From Watersipora subatra (lineage: Eukaryota), in assembly GCF_963576615.1 (NCBI RefSeq), contig NC_088708.1, forward strand, positions 42,797,115-42,861,114: 64,000 bases of DNA. The letters run 5' to 3'. The notes below the pieces were generated by a model that saw only the letters and a list, made by a program, of their open reading frames with translations, ran no database searches and had not been told where the DNA came from. Within the stretch, counting starts at the first letter, position 1. The number at the start of each line of letters is the position of its first letter. Shown here in pieces: positions 1-12,411 of this stretch. The position numbers were made by a program, and so were the translations under genes.

Positions 1-1504
1 CTCACAACATTGATAGCATACTCGGCAGCGACTAGACGATATCTATAAGGTTGCACATCACTACTTTTGCTTCTTTTCTTTAATGCTAGTAAAAGTTTTC
101 CCTTTTCGATCTCTTTTGACAACCTTAATCAACATATATAAATAAATAATAATAAAATAAATAACAAAATAAAATAACATGATAAATAAAATGTAATAAA
201 TACATGTATTAAATTTTGCCACAATTCTGGCTTCAAGAACTAGCGAAAGGTCATTTAGTAGGCAATTGAGCCAATATGAAGGATATTTAGCTGTATGAAT
301 ATAGTTTGTGCTCGTCATTTTGGATTTTTCAGAGACAATATTGGTAGAAACTTCACATTTTGAAGACGTTCTGGTCATTTGCGATTCACAATTTTAAATT
401 CAACGTAAAATGAGAAACACTCAAAACGATGACGTTCCCAACAAGATATCCATATATGAGTTAGAGGTTTATTTATCGAGTAGATAAACTCCCTCTATAG
501 TTCCAGCATGCCATAAGTAGTTTCAGTCTGTTTGCTTCACTAAGTGTTTTATAAATTTTTACTTTTTTTACAGAAATTGAGTTTGTGTTAATAAAGTTGA
601 AAGATTGAACTCAAAGCTAGCTTGTTTGGTATAACCTGTTTAGAGTGTGTAAAAACAGCAAAACTGCTGATGATGTTGTTTATATAGAAATACAATTCTG
701 TTATCTTCTTTACAATTTATAATAGAGTGTATGACTCGATATAAACACTGTTCAATACTTATCAAACTGGTATAGACAGCCTACAAAATAACTAGTATAT
801 AGGTAAAGTTAATACAAAGTCTGGAAAAACTCTTGCTTCTGTAGAAATGTATTTAATATAAAACAGCCTTAATATTTGGTCTTGAGAGATAAACTAAATA
901 TAAAAGCCTTAATAATGTATATATACAATATAATACAACTATATATAATAATAGATAATCGGTAGAAAGATAGAGTTAAGATAAACCGCTAAGAAATGCG
1001 GAGCCCTAGGACTAGTTTAAAACATTGAATACTATTATTGCAGGTAATTGATAAATATGTACGTGTGTGCTGAGTGCTACTGCTCCCAGTGTGATAACCA
1101 ATTCTCACGTGCCACACAGTATATATTCCTATTCACGCTGTTCCCGTGCAACGCATCTATGGTTTTTCCTAGACACTTATGATTTTGTATAATTTAGCCT
1201 CGGAGAAGTATTGATAAGCCTCCTAGCAGAGGCTCAGCACCACCTGCAATGCAAGCTCCGCCTCTCAGTTTGAGCTTGGATTCTAAGGTAAACAGCCGTG
1301 CATGGAGCAAGCAAGAATTGCCTTTTAGTTAGCTATTTATGTAACAATTTTATTATGTTATGAATGAAGGCTGTTTGCTCATTGCATCAGCTTTGTATGT
1401 AGAGCTGTTTCATCTTTAAAATTGTTTTCATCTAATAGAATGGTAATATCTGTTTGACGTGACAAATAGACCAGGGCGGCGGAGTTTAGTAAGTATTTAT
1501 TAGA

Positions 1505-1725
1505 TCAGACTACAGTGTCAAACAGACTACAGTGTCAAACAGACTACAGTGTCAATTGAACTACAGTGTCAATCAGACTACAGTGTTAAACAGACTACAT
1601 TGTCAATCGGACTACAGTGTCAATTATACTACACAGTGTCAATCGGACTGCAGTGTCAATCAGACTCCAGGGTCATTCAGACTACAGGGTCAGCCAGACT
1701 ACTGGGTCATTCAGACTATAGCGTG
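1505..1725. repeat. 17-bp tandem repeat, ~12 copies (AGACTACAGTGTCAAAC)
   Basis: The period is visible directly. ORFs 1532-1914 are translations of this array. Confidence 0.85.
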
Positions 1726-2748
1726 AACCATGTTGATCACACCACAAGGTTAATCAGACTGCAACACTACAACATGTTTATAGTACATACCACAGTACAA
1801 CAGCAGTACTACTATATACTACTTCTGCTATATCTAACTATGATATGTAGTTACAAGACTTTAATATACCATGGGAATTTTGCAGTCAGTGTGGGTAGCC
1901 TTAGTTATCTGTGATATATCTGTTGTGACCTGTTCTTTTATATATTCCTTGTTGTGTTTGAGCAGACTTTCTTGAGACAGTGATCTCATTTCCAGACAGT
2001 CATGTGAATGTTTTTTTGTTTTGTATAATAATATAAGCAACAATGACGAGAGTCATGCATTTAGACAGAATAACTCTATTCTATCCATTTATGTTAAATA
2101 AGTCTTGGATAAGGCTGTAGATATATATAATCTCTGGGTAGCCCGTAAAGAAGTATAGGAACAATGGATAGCGCATTCGAGGCAAAATTCTAGGCTTGAA
2201 CTTTGAGTGCATAGCAAGCTTTGTCAACCAAAGCTATACCCATACAAATGTTTTGTCATACTATTCCGAGATGCTTTGAGACATTGTTTGCATATAAATT
2301 GTCCGTGTCAAGAAATTTCATTCAAAATGATATAATTCACACTGCAAATACAGGAAGTGAGACTTTTGAGCAATTCCACATTTCCTTATTGTAGCTGTAA
2401 GACTAGCTCCTTGTCCAGGTATAATATGTGTGTGCAACAAATAAACGATTTTACCTGTAAAATGTGATTGTAGACTATGCATGATACTGGTACTGGGTTG
2501 AAAGTGGAAAGCAAATTTGGAGGAAGCGGAGAGCCTGTGAAGACATACAGTGGCTCAAATAGAACTCGGTTTCCGACTACAATGAGAAAAGACATTTATG
2601 GAAGTATGTTACTTATTCGTTCGCCTTCCCTCATTCTGTGTCGATACTATATTTCATGCATGGAATTATGTTTTTATCATTTATTTATCTATTTCATCTG
2701 TGAAAGCATTTTTACAACGAACATTTTTGCTTGAGTTCAGATACCAAC

Positions 2749-2965
2749 ATGACTGAAATGGATGGATACAACCCCTTCAAAGGAAAAGCACCGGGTAATC
2801 CAGAGTTCTTTCCATATGGCAAACCAGGAGGTGGAGCTCCTCTTCGTGATAATAACGGGAAATCCCATGCTCAGAGACGTAATGTTGATTTTGCTCATGA
2901 AAGAGATTCCTCAGCTGAGATCAGCCAAAGGAGACGGGCTGCTGATGAATACCTGCATGAGCTAA
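2749..2965 (+). CDS. Exon 1 of an uncharacterized conserved protein (MTEMDGYNPFKGKAPGNPEFFPYGKPGGGAP...); first ATG at 2749
   Basis: The open frame runs from the ATG at 2749 to a GTGAGT donor at 2966, ending in phase 1. The ORF track's start at 2731 is a TTG. The phase matches the next exon. Confidence 0.55.
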
Positions 2966-3532
2966 GTGAGTTTTTTGATACTCTGCCAGTAACACTGACC
3001 TTGATTATTTGCACAGCCCTTTTAATGACACCATTTTATCTCATAATAGTACCCTGGCAGTCTAATGTGCTGTGAGAGATCCTCAGGTGTAATAATTATA
3101 CATACAACTATTCTGTAATGCAGCTGTTAGAGTGTTGGTCTACCATGTTGGAAGTCGTGAGATCAAATTGTGGATGTAGATGGATTTGGCTCTCATTATA
3201 GTAAATATTTGAGTCGATTTCTCGTGTCCTATCTTGTTGCATTTTAGCAAACTATTTTTTGGTTAGCCACAGGCCTTAATAAAAGTAGTGTTGGGTGTAT
3301 GCATTGATAGGAATAATGATACTAAGTAACCAATGCTACAATGCCCAACTAATATAATATAGTTTTTAGTGTGGGCTATGTGCTAGTCTTCCCTTGATGC
3401 TGTAGCTGACCTTTCTGCAGTGTTATTTGACTAATTTGTCAGTAGTTACAGCTACATATTCGTAATACTTTAGTTATAATCCGTTATAATAATTCGTTAT
3501 ACATAATCAATGTATAAATAATTTTGTTGTAG

Positions 3533-3594
3533 AAAGGGAAATGGCGGAACAACGGAGAGCGCGTAACGAAGCGAATGTAGAGCTGAGGGCTCCA
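3533..3594 (+). CDS. Exon 2 of the same gene (KREMAEQRRARNEANVELRAP)
   Basis: It has a ttgttgtag acceptor and a GTAAGT donor at 3595. Phase 1 in and phase 0 out are consistent with exons 1 and 3. Confidence 0.5.
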
Positions 3595-3681
3595 GTAAGT
3601 TATCTACTTTGTGGAACATATGCAATTATCAGAGTCGAGTCATTCGCGTACACATATAGCTTGTATCACACTTTATTTTAG

Positions 3682-3798
3682 ATAGGAGAACTCGCAACCA
3701 TTGTACAGAAGGGCAAGGTTGGATTTCCTAAACGGGATCCAGAAACTGGTGCAATCCTAAACCACCATCACAAGTTCTCTGATGTCACAAGGTCACAG
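3682..3798 (+). CDS. Exon 3 (IGELATIVQKGKVGFPKRDPETGAILNHHHKFSDVTRSQ)
   Basis: A ttttag acceptor precedes it and a GTATGT donor follows it. It is 39 codons with no stop, in phase 0. Confidence 0.5.
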
Positions 3799-4045
3799 GT
3801 ATGTCAGCGTGTCTACCCTCTATAACTCCTTTCCCGTTTTCAACCTTTAGACTAAATGTTTCAAACAGTATTATAAACCACACACAACCTTAAATACTGG
3901 TGTTGGGTTTAGATAACAATATCTGCTCAGTCTGTGCATAGTTGCCTCCTTGTTGCCCTTGTTAGCTTCTAGCTAGTACCTTTGTTAGTTTTCAAGATTG
4001 CATATTTTAATACAACTTGTTAAAAGTGATATATTATAATTGTAG

Positions 4046-4081
4046 AATGGTATTCCGGAGAGCAAGATGTTTGCTGGCCTC
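4046..4081 (+). CDS. Exon 4, a 12-codon micro-exon (NGIPESKMFAGL)
   Basis: It lies between a tgtag acceptor and a GTAAGT donor, and the phase is preserved. It is a small exon, so confidence is lower. Confidence 0.4.
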
Positions 4082-4324
4082 GTAAGTACTATCTGTATGG
4101 TTGAATGTCATGCTGTCATGGTAACTACAAAAACATTTTACAAACCATAACATTTATGTGCTAAACGTTCAACAAGTTATGCTTTTAGAAGGCTTATCTA
4201 GTTGTTGCCTAGTTAGCTAGCTATCTTTTGGACTGGTTCTATTCCTACGTCTCACATCAATGAAATTTTGTGCATTGATTCACTTTATTTTATCACCTAT
4301 TTGTGATGTCATTAATGCTTTTAG

Positions 4325-4576
4325 GGGGAAGGCAATCTAAGCAGCAGTCTTGATGCAAAGAACTACCACAATGAGCTGTCAAAGATTGCCGAGGAGAGGC
4401 ACAAAATGAGGCAGCTAGAAAGAGTGAGAGACACCCAGGAGGAGCTTAAGCATGGAGAAACTTGGAATGACTTTTGGGGAAAGCCAGGTGCAGGTGCTCC
4501 AAACAGCAAAGATCAGGTGTTTAAAAGGGCTAAATTTGACAATACTCTACACGGCAGGCAAGATAAGAATGGTTTG
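4325..4576 (+). CDS. Exon 5 (GEGNLSS...HGETWNDFWGKPGAGAPNSKDQVFKRAKFDNTLHGRQDKNGL)
   Basis: It is 84 codons between a cttttag acceptor and a GTGAGT donor. It contains a second GKPGxGAP motif like the one in exon 1. Confidence 0.6.
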
Positions 4577-4941
4577 GTGAGTGAAACTCTTTACATGTAT
4601 TCTTCTAACACCTGTGGGGTATTGTCTCATCAAGCACCTGCAGCTCTTGTCTCATTCCGTACTTGAAGCTATTATTATTGACACGTACGAATGTTGTCTT
4701 ATCAGACACCAGTTCCTCGCACATTACTCACCTGCAGTTCTTGTCCCGTCAAAACTGACAGGCCTTGTCTAATCACACACCATCTTTGGTTTCATGATAT
4801 GCATGTACCTGCAGATCTTGTTTAATTAATCATACATGTGTGGCTTTAGTCTCTTGTCTAATTCGAACATTTAAAACCACTTGCTGACAAGTTTCAACAA
4901 GGTATTCACTAAAATTTACATAAGATCTTTCATTTCTTCAG

Positions 4942-5070
4942 GTGATAATAAAAAACACTCCACAAGGAATCCACCAGCTAAACCCTGACCACTACTCAAA
5001 GTCAACCATACAGAGCAACCACGTTAACATGTTTGAGTTGCCGGTAGACAGACATCGGCGAGAACGACAG
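4942..5070 (+). CDS. Exon 6 (VIIKNTPQGIHQLNPDHYSKSTIQSNHVNMFELPVDRHRRERQ)
   Basis: It is 43 codons in phase 0, between a cttcag acceptor and a GTAAGT donor. Confidence 0.55.
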
Positions 5071-5488
5071 GTAAGTTTTTGTTAAAAGAAGATTTGCTCA
5101 TCATAACAGAGTATCCACTTACTGTGCTGCAGCAACTTCCCAAACTGATTTTCAAGCAGTTCAAACTGTTCACCTCTTTCAAATAAACAGCGACTTCAAA
5201 ACAACAACTAGCATTGTATAACTACCGGTATCCTCCCGTCAGCATTTGACTGGCAGTACTTGAACTGGCTGTTTAGACTTCTCTATGATACGATATTGGC
5301 AGCAACTTGTCTGTTTTTCTTCAAATGCCATTAGATTGAACAAAGCGATTTAAAGCATGGTAGTTTATTTACAAAGTTACACTATGGGTTACAATTTTAA
5401 ACAAATGTTTTTGTTCTGCAGATAGATTTATTCCATGCATACATGAAATTTCTCGATAATGTATATAGTTTTGATGTGTAAATTGCAG

Positions 5489-5536
5489 GTAGACTACCAC
5501 CCGTCAGCACCCTTTGCCACTGCTCTACCTAACTGA
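5489..5536 (+). CDS. Terminal exon 7 (VDYHPSAPFATALPN*); stop TGA at 5534-5536
   Basis: An aattgcag acceptor precedes it and an in-frame stop ends it. An AATAAA lies at 5902-5907, ~370 nt downstream. Confidence 0.5.
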   Translation, partial: VDYHPSAPFATALPN

Positions 5537-5901
5537 GATGCAGTTCAGACTAGAGAGATTACATCATTTAACCACCAGAGGATATTTTACTGCTTGCATT
5601 CAACATTTGCAGACTGTATATGATATTCTACGCCACATATTTCAGTGGTTTGTTTTGCCTCTCTAAGCCGGTTCTTTATTTAAAAAACCAAATATTTGTT
5701 AATATTTTTATACAAGATTTTCACAATTTTATAGTAACAGTATTTTCAGCATTTAATTCTAATAGACATCTTCTTTAGATTTGTTTGGGACTATAATTTG
5801 GCAGGTTTATTATTTTCTAAGAATTCTTCAAGCCCAGATAGCTCAACACACCTAGTCACTGTGTGCGATACAATGACGCTAATATTATTATTGTTATTCT
5901 A

Positions 5902-5907
5902 AATAAA
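5902..5907 (+). other. AATAAA polyadenylation signal candidate for the plus-strand gene
   Basis: The hexamer lies ~370 nt after the stop at 5536. Confidence 0.3.
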
Positions 5908-6241
5908 TGCTTTGTATAAATTTCTGTTGTAATTACACACTGTCGTTGTTTTGTGTGTTAAATCCTGGCCTATAGATGCTTACAACACTCGCTGTGTCAC
6001 TAGACGACTCTTCTATAATATAGAAATGTACGCAGGTATAATTTCAGCCATATATATATATATACATGTATAATACTGAACATGGCTACTACGCTGACAA
6101 CAGGCATACAAAATATATTAGGTTTGGACAGCCATGCGCTCGCAACACATTACTGTGTTATAAAATAATAAATATGAATTCTACTCTGAACCATGGCAAT
6201 TGTATAGTAGACATTGCCACAGAGTATGGAGAACGGCCATC

Positions 6242-6463
6242 TTAAATTTCTCCGAGTGCCTCCAACTCTTTACAGAACTTCTTGTGAGTAGGCCAATGAA
6301 GTTTTTGACAATTGTTTGAAGTGCAGTAAAATGCCAGCCGGCATCGTGTGCATTGTTTGGGCTGCCGACTGCCACAAACATGACAAACTTGTGCTTCAGC
6401 CGCTTTAACTCTGTTGCCGTTGATGGCATCAGTAAGCATGGCCACCGCGCTCGGACCGCTGCC
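6242..6463 (-). CDS. ANKMY2: ANKMY2 terminal coding exon with MYND zinc finger (GSGPSAVAMLTDAINGN...CHVCGSRQPKQCTRCRLAFYCTSNNCQKLHWPTHKKFCKELEALGEI*)
   Basis: The MYND C4-C2HC spacing is present and it matches human GSDPTAFSVLTQAITGQ...[41 protein letters not shown]. A ttttacag acceptor precedes it and the stop TAA lies at 6242-6244. Confidence 0.8.
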   Translation of the reverse strand, partial: GSGPSAVAMLTDAINGNRVKAAEAQVCHVCGSRQPKQCTRCRLAFYCTSNNCQKLHWPTHKKFCKELEALGEI

Positions 6464-6649
6464 CTGTAAAAGACAGTCAAACACGAATAATTTAGGTTAC
6501 CAGTAGGTTAGTTACTACATTAGCCTCCTTGAAGGTTTTGCAAAAGTGCTAGTTGTAGAAGAGAAAATTTCTGCATGTGAATAGCCCATGTTGGTAAGTG
6601 ATTAAAAAAATAACATGGTACTGGATTGCATTAAAAAACTGATCCGCTC

Positions 6650-6800
6650 ATGTTTTAGAATGATATAGCTATAGTGCAGTACTCCATCTACCGTAAAACC
6701 TTTATTCGAACGCCATGACGCTCTATTTTTCAACCCTTTCCTTAGAGTGGCGTTGTATTCTTCAAACACCTCGTCAGAATGTTGAGAAAATATATTTAAT
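6650..6800. repeat. Dispersed repeat copy, found again inverted at 47330-47460
   Basis: The sequence cgaacgccatgacgctctatttttcaaccctttcc matches the reverse complement of ggaaaggttgaaaaatagagcgccgtggc... at 47390-47440. Confidence 0.4.
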
Positions 6801-7860
6801 CCTTTCACGGGTGAATCGAAAGTCGCCTATACTTTGCACTCTCCTTCAGGCGGTTGAATATTAGACCTTTTGGATGCAAAAAATATGCTAACTTACCTCC
6901 AACTTATCTTAGATCTCTAAAAAAAATATGCGCGAGGAAGCTGATACGTGTTTCTACCAGTTGATATCTATTGCTTGCAATTAACCTACAATGATCTTAT
7001 AGCCTACATTGACATTTGTTGGAGCTTTCAAGTTTTTTATTTCATTGTAAAGTTGAAGGCATATTTTCATTTTATAACTATATATCACAAGGTTGCATAA
7101 ATGCTCATTGAACTCATCGATATGTTTGCTACAGTTTGCAGTGAAACTAACTTTTTGTGTGCAATAGAAGAGGAATGATGAGCGTCGATCCATTGTAAGC
7201 TGAGTTTAGATTACCGCAATCATGCTTTTAAACGATATGCTATAAATCTGCAAATTTATAAGTTTTACAATAATAATAATAGCCTATCAAATGCTACAAA
7301 TATATATTTAAGAACAAGTGACGTAAAAAAGCCATAATTATACATGCAGAAACAAAAATTAACATTTTAACATAAATAATAATTAACATAAACACTTTTG
7401 AAGGAAAAATATCAGCATCGTTTGCTCAGCCAGTTGTGTTCTGATTGTTGCTTCTGTTTGAAACCATTTCATATTCTTCGGGCTGTTCAATAACTTTCAC
7501 AGTGTCCTCCTGACTTCAAACCGCCTTCTGCACAGCTGAGTTAGTCGATATTAGCGACCAAACATTTTTAGCAGATAAAAACTTTTACGCGATGCACTTC
7601 ACTAGACACTTCTTGTGCGAATAAAAATAAACCGTGTGTAATTATAATAGTCTCAAAATGTTAGTCTCAAAATGCGAAAACTTTTTCTCACATACATCGA
7701 AGTATAAAACCGCATTAAAAAAGGAACCACTATTAGCCTGATACAGTTACCAATTATTTCTATGGTGTTTCAATCAAAGAAAAAACTACGATTAGTACGA
7801 TTTTGTGGACACTTATTTTGAACACTTGCTATGGTAGGTTTGTAAAGATTAAGAATGTCA

Positions 7861-8000
7861 AGTAGTGGCGTTCAAATGGAAGTGACATTCAATTAAAAGA
7901 TGGCTCTCTATTTTCCAACCGTTCTCACATAGTGGCGCTCAATTAAAGGTGGCGCTCAAATAGAGGTGGCATTCAAATGTAGGTGGCATTCAAATATAGG
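7861..8000. repeat. ~16-bp tandem repeat (GGTGGCRYTCAAATRT), ~6-8 copies
   Basis: The period is visible directly. Confidence 0.6.
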
Positions 8001-8255
8001 TTTTATGGTTTTTCCTCTTTTTAAAATTATTAAGTGATTAAATCTGTAAAATAATAATTTTCTAAAAATAGCCATAAACTCATGTATGAAATGATGACTG
8101 AGTGAGCTTATTAAATATTCCACAATAGATTTACAAAGCTTGTGTGCTTTTGCTTTGGCCTGTTGCACTATTTGTGTGACAAGGAGCGGCAAAAACCTGA
8201 AACATTTGAGCCGTGGTAAGCGCTGGTGCTAACAAGTGACGGCGCTACACCTAGC

Positions 8256-8698
8256 GGCACAATACCTACCTATGTCGGCACAATACCTACCTATGTCGGC
8301 ACAATACCTACCTATGTCGGCACAATACCTACCTATGTCGGTACAATACCTACCTATGTCGGCACAATACCTACCTATGTCGGTACAATACCTACCTATG
8401 TCGGCACAATACCTACCTATGTCGGCACAATACCTACCTATGTCGGCACAATACCTACCTATGTCGGCACAATACCTACCTATGTCGGTACAATACCTAC
8501 CTATGTCGGCACAATACCTACCTATGTCGGCACAATACCTACCTATGTCGGCACAATACCTACCTATGTCGGCACAATACCTACCTATGTCGGCACAATA
8601 CCTACCTATGTCGGCACAATACCTACCTATGTCGGCACAATACCTACCTATGTCGGCACAATACCTACCTATGTCGGCACAATACCTACCTATGTCGG
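8256..8698. repeat. 21-bp minisatellite, ~21 copies (GGCACAATACCTACCTATGTC), in an ANKMY2 intron
   Basis: The copies are near-perfect. The period of 21 is divisible by 3, so it gives ~200-aa ORFs in three frames on both strands (8226-8834, 8236-8766 and 8229-8879). Confidence 0.9.
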
Positions 8699-9232
8699 TA
8701 ATCTGTATAATTGTTATGATTGTTATGCTCGGTGTGGTGAGCTCCATAAGGCTTCTGAGGTGGTAAAAAAGAGACTGATTAACATGGTTGTAGGGTGTGT
8801 ATCTATTTTTGGCTTTAATGCTAACTACTGTTGATCTTGGGGGTTGGTTTTTTTCCTGATAGTGATAATAATAATGCATTCAGTTTATTGTAAATTATGT
8901 CTACCCTAGGACACTTATGTATTCGCCACATCTAACTTTCGCGTTTTCGCGGAGTCATCCTTTCGCGAAAATTTCATGTGCGAAACTAAACTATCATAAT
9001 GAACGAGCAAAAACGCGAAATTAAATAGCTTTGATCATTGATAGTCCAAAAAATAAATGGCAGCAAGCGATCAAATTGCATTATCGACCTCGCCCACACC
9101 ATTTTACCTGCGGTTCACAATTACAAACTAGTCCCAAATTGAAAGTTTTTTCTTATGGGTGAACCAAGCCCGTATTCCTTGGGGCAGCTGGCCGGCTGAG
9201 CCATCCCAACTTTTTAGGAACTTTTCGCGGCT

Positions 9233-9345
9233 ACACAGTAAATACAGTCAAACTCGGACAACTTGCCCTCTGATAAAATGTAACATTTCTTCCCAAACAC
9301 AAGGTTAACTCGAAAGGATTTTTTGGTCCGTTCCCACAATTCAAA
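9233..9345. mobile_element. 5' fragment of the same MITE family, inside an ANKMY2 intron
   Basis: The sequence tacagtcaaactcggacaacttgccctc...ggttaactcgaaaggattttttggtccgttcccaca is similar to the 5' ~110 bp of the element at 49241. Confidence 0.4.
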
Positions 9346-9941
9346 TTAGTCTATGATTCATTTACAGAAAACAATAGCAATTGAATTATAGAGGACTATC
9401 AGAAAAGACTGAGAGCAAGGAAAATTTAATGATGCAAATTCAGTTATGTAAACCGATGTAAAGATTTGTGCAACGGAAATTTCATATGAAAAATAAAAAA
9501 ACACTGTTAAAAATTAACAAATGAAAAGTAATCTATTATTGCATCTTGCATGCCTTCAATCTTTGATTTATATTTTTCAAAACTAAAACTCACTAACTTT
9601 CAATACCTGTTTAGCAGATATCAATTTTTTTCAGCTACCATTAGGATATCACAGAATAGTGAATTACCAAAATGTTGCAAATGCGATGTAAAAAGATTGA
9701 AAACCGCCTTTTTATGGCAATAGATTGCTAAAATTAGGTAGGACGGTTTGGCTAATCAAAGTAAGGAAACTTGGAGCAAATTATTGTTAGTTAAGGTGAG
9801 TTTTAAGCAACTGTGCATTACAGTTGTGATATAGCCTGAGTACCACAGAACCTTTAAGAGACTATACCATACATTGCACATCAACTATAGCGGTTCCCAG
9901 TGGAAAGCTACACATCTGCACAAGCTACACATTATGCTTAC

Positions 9942-10149
9942 AATCTCGTTTTCATTCATCCTTTTGAGCAGTTCACAAAAAACGCTGGAGCCTTTCTGTG
10001 GATATGATTTGAGAGTAGAGCGAACCAATTGGTCAACCTGGTCAAGAAGTCCATCGGAGGATCTGCCAGTGGCCAATCTAGAAACATTAGGAGAGCGGTT
10101 ATCGACAGAGAAACAGTAAGTAGCTCCTGAGATGGCCATAATAAACTTA
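9942..10149 (-). CDS. ANKMY2: ANKMY2 internal exon (...GRSSDGLLDQVDQLVRSTLKSYPQKGSSVFCELLKRMNENEI)
   Basis: It matches human GRASDGFPVYQEKIIRESIRKFPYCEATLLQQLVRSIAPVEI. It is 208 nt between an aataatag acceptor and a GTAAGC donor, entering in phase 2 and leaving in phase 0. Confidence 0.65.
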
Positions 10150-10257
10150 CTATTATTGAAGACTCTATGAGCAATGAGTGGGGTGTTAGCCCAGAGCAGC
10201 AGATGATTATCGCTTTCGTTACGGTTAGTCTATAAACACTGACAAAGGAAATCTCAC

Positions 10258-10466
10258 CTTTTAATAAAAGATTTCCCTGAGTCATTTTTGTCAGCCTTCT
10301 TAGTGTAGTCAATGACACAGGAAAGATAGTGAAACTTAAAAGACTGCGCCTCCTTTCCATCAGGAGGTGGTGTACTCGCCGCTGAGAGTTCATTAAGTAT
10401 TGCTATAAGATTCTTGCTCTCCGTTAGTAGTTCGGGGGTCTTGTGCAGCTCTCGTACCAAGTATAT
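10258..10466 (-). CDS. ANKMY2: ANKMY2 internal exon (IYLVRELHKTPELLTESKNLIAILNELSAASTPPPDGKEAQSFKFHYLSCVIDYTKKADKNDSGKSFIK)
   Basis: It matches human ...LVNENPLLTEEAALNKCYRVMDLI...AMKMHYISCIFQKCINFLKDGENKLDPLIK. A ttttag acceptor precedes it and a GTGAGA donor ends it in phase 2. Confidence 0.65.
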
Positions 10467-10982
10467 CTAAAATTGCAATTAACTTAAGTATTTGAACCAT
10501 TGCATGCGCATAATGAACTGTCTTAAGGAAATATGATATGAGAATATTAGAAACTGTGTCTGATAGATTTCTATTTTCAGCTTAGTCACTAAACTAAACG
10601 TAGATTTACCTTCCCTGTCTCGCTTTGATATATTCAACCACAGGCAACTACCATCTTCAACTCCACGCGATCGCTCATAACTATTAGCAGATGTAATAAA
10701 ACATTAAACTATATTATACTCCCAGGATAACTAAAATATGTAGCCTTTTCGAACTTCTTATAAAAATCGAGAATGCTCATTACAAGCAAAAGTCAAAATC
10801 GAACAGAAACCAGTTTCGATGACTATTGAAGCTTTGCTATCACAAAATTGTAACTAATGTTGATATGGTAACTTCATTAGGAATGCCTTCCAATGAAAAT
10901 CATGCGCAATAACGAAGCAAACACAATTCTTTTGGCAGTAGAAGTTCTCTTCCTACCTAATATCAACTAGATTCTACAAAAA

Positions 10983-11305
10983 ACATTGGGTAAAAATAAA
11001 AAAGACAGCACAGTGACAATACACTACAATAACATCGGGTATAACAAAGACAGCACAGTAACAATACACTTCAATAACATCGGGTATAATAAAGACAGCA
11101 CAGTGACAATACACTGCAATAACATCGGGTAAAACAAAGGCAGCATAGTGACAATACACTGCAATAACATCGGGTATAACAAAGGCAGCATAGCGACAAT
11201 ACACTGCAATAACATCGGGTATAACAAAGACAGTACAGTGGCAATACACTGCAAAAACATTGGGTATAACAAAGACAGTACAGTGACAATACGCTAGAAT
11301 AACAT
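10983..11305. repeat. 45-bp tandem repeat, ~7 copies
   Basis: The unit is ACATCGGGTATAACAAAGACAGCACAGTGACAATACACTGCAATA. ORFs 10974-11289 are translations of it. Confidence 0.85.
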
Positions 11306-12296
11306 AAAGCTTCTGGCTAGCCTGGTTGATAACAGACTGAATATTTAGGATTAAAAATAAAGATGTTTTCTGTGTTTACTAGTAAATGGCACCGCTGCTC
11401 GTGAGCAAACACTCCGAAAATACAAAAGATTATTCCACTTAAAAATGACTTCATATCACCTGCTTTGGGGCATGCTTCATACGAGTCAGTTTCCTTTGAC
11501 CACATAATTGCATACAGTCAGAGAAGATCGTAGGTCGCCAAATGTTATAAAATCTAGTTGGTTGTTTGTACTGAACCCGTAATAGGTCCACAGGCTAATA
11601 AATTGATAAGAGCCTTGTACGTACATTTAACTGATTTTAGTAGTTTATTGTCAAATTTGAGAAGTCAACAATTTTGTGGAGATGTATTAAAAAGTTTTTT
11701 AGTGATGAGATTTGTTTATAGGTTTGGTTAAAAATTGAAATTAAATTAACTTTTTAAACCTGACATCAGACATCGCGGCTGTAATTTTATATACATTGCT
11801 GTTTCTAAAAATCGAAAGATTTTTTCCAAGGATAAATTTTTCAAGAAAAGCATCTTGAAAAACAAAATCTTTGTAGCGTTATGTAATTTTTTGCGCGGTA
11901 GATTGTCTCCGGAAGGTTGTCTCCGAAAGGTTGTCTCTGAAATGCAAATGTTTGAAGCATGGAAACGGTAATTGTGTACCATTACTGTTACAAGAGGTGA
12001 AATTGCTGACTTACTGGGTGAAGATTGCAAGAAGAAATGAATGAATGGAATGGCTTCAGTAAATCTGGCTTCAACTTGGGTTTTGAGTCTTTTCCTACAA
12101 TATGGTAAATTTTTGGGATCACAACTTGAATATACATGTACAAACTTTGGTACATTTTTTACTATCGCAGAACTTTTATATATAAATAGACTCCATAAAA
12201 GCAAAAGATGTTACATGTAGAAACAGTTGATAAGGGAAAATGGAAGTATATAGATTGTTGAGCAAAAACTTGATAAAACATGACGTTTACAGGTTA

Positions 12297-12411
12297 TGGA
12301 TAATCTACTCAATGGGTGGATAACATACTCAATGGGTAGATAACCTACTCAATGGGTTGATAACCTACTCAATGGGTAGATAAGTAACTCAATGGGTAGA
12401 TAATCTACTGA
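12297..12411. repeat. 20-bp tandem repeat, ~6 copies (GGATAACCTACTCAATGGGT)
   Basis: The period is visible directly. Confidence 0.8.

Noticed and set aside
61-378. 105-aa minus-strand ORF
   Set aside because: It lies in AT-rich low-complexity sequence with no homology or splice signals.
1532-1914. Plus-strand ORFs with CQSDYSV-type repeats
   Set aside because: They are translations of the 17-bp tandem repeat.
8226-8879. Long ORFs (176-216 aa) on both strands
   Set aside because: They are pure translations of the 21-bp minisatellite. They have no splice context and they are intronic.
10974-11289. Overlapping minus-strand ORFs of 72-91 aa
   Set aside because: They are translations of the 45-bp tandem repeat.
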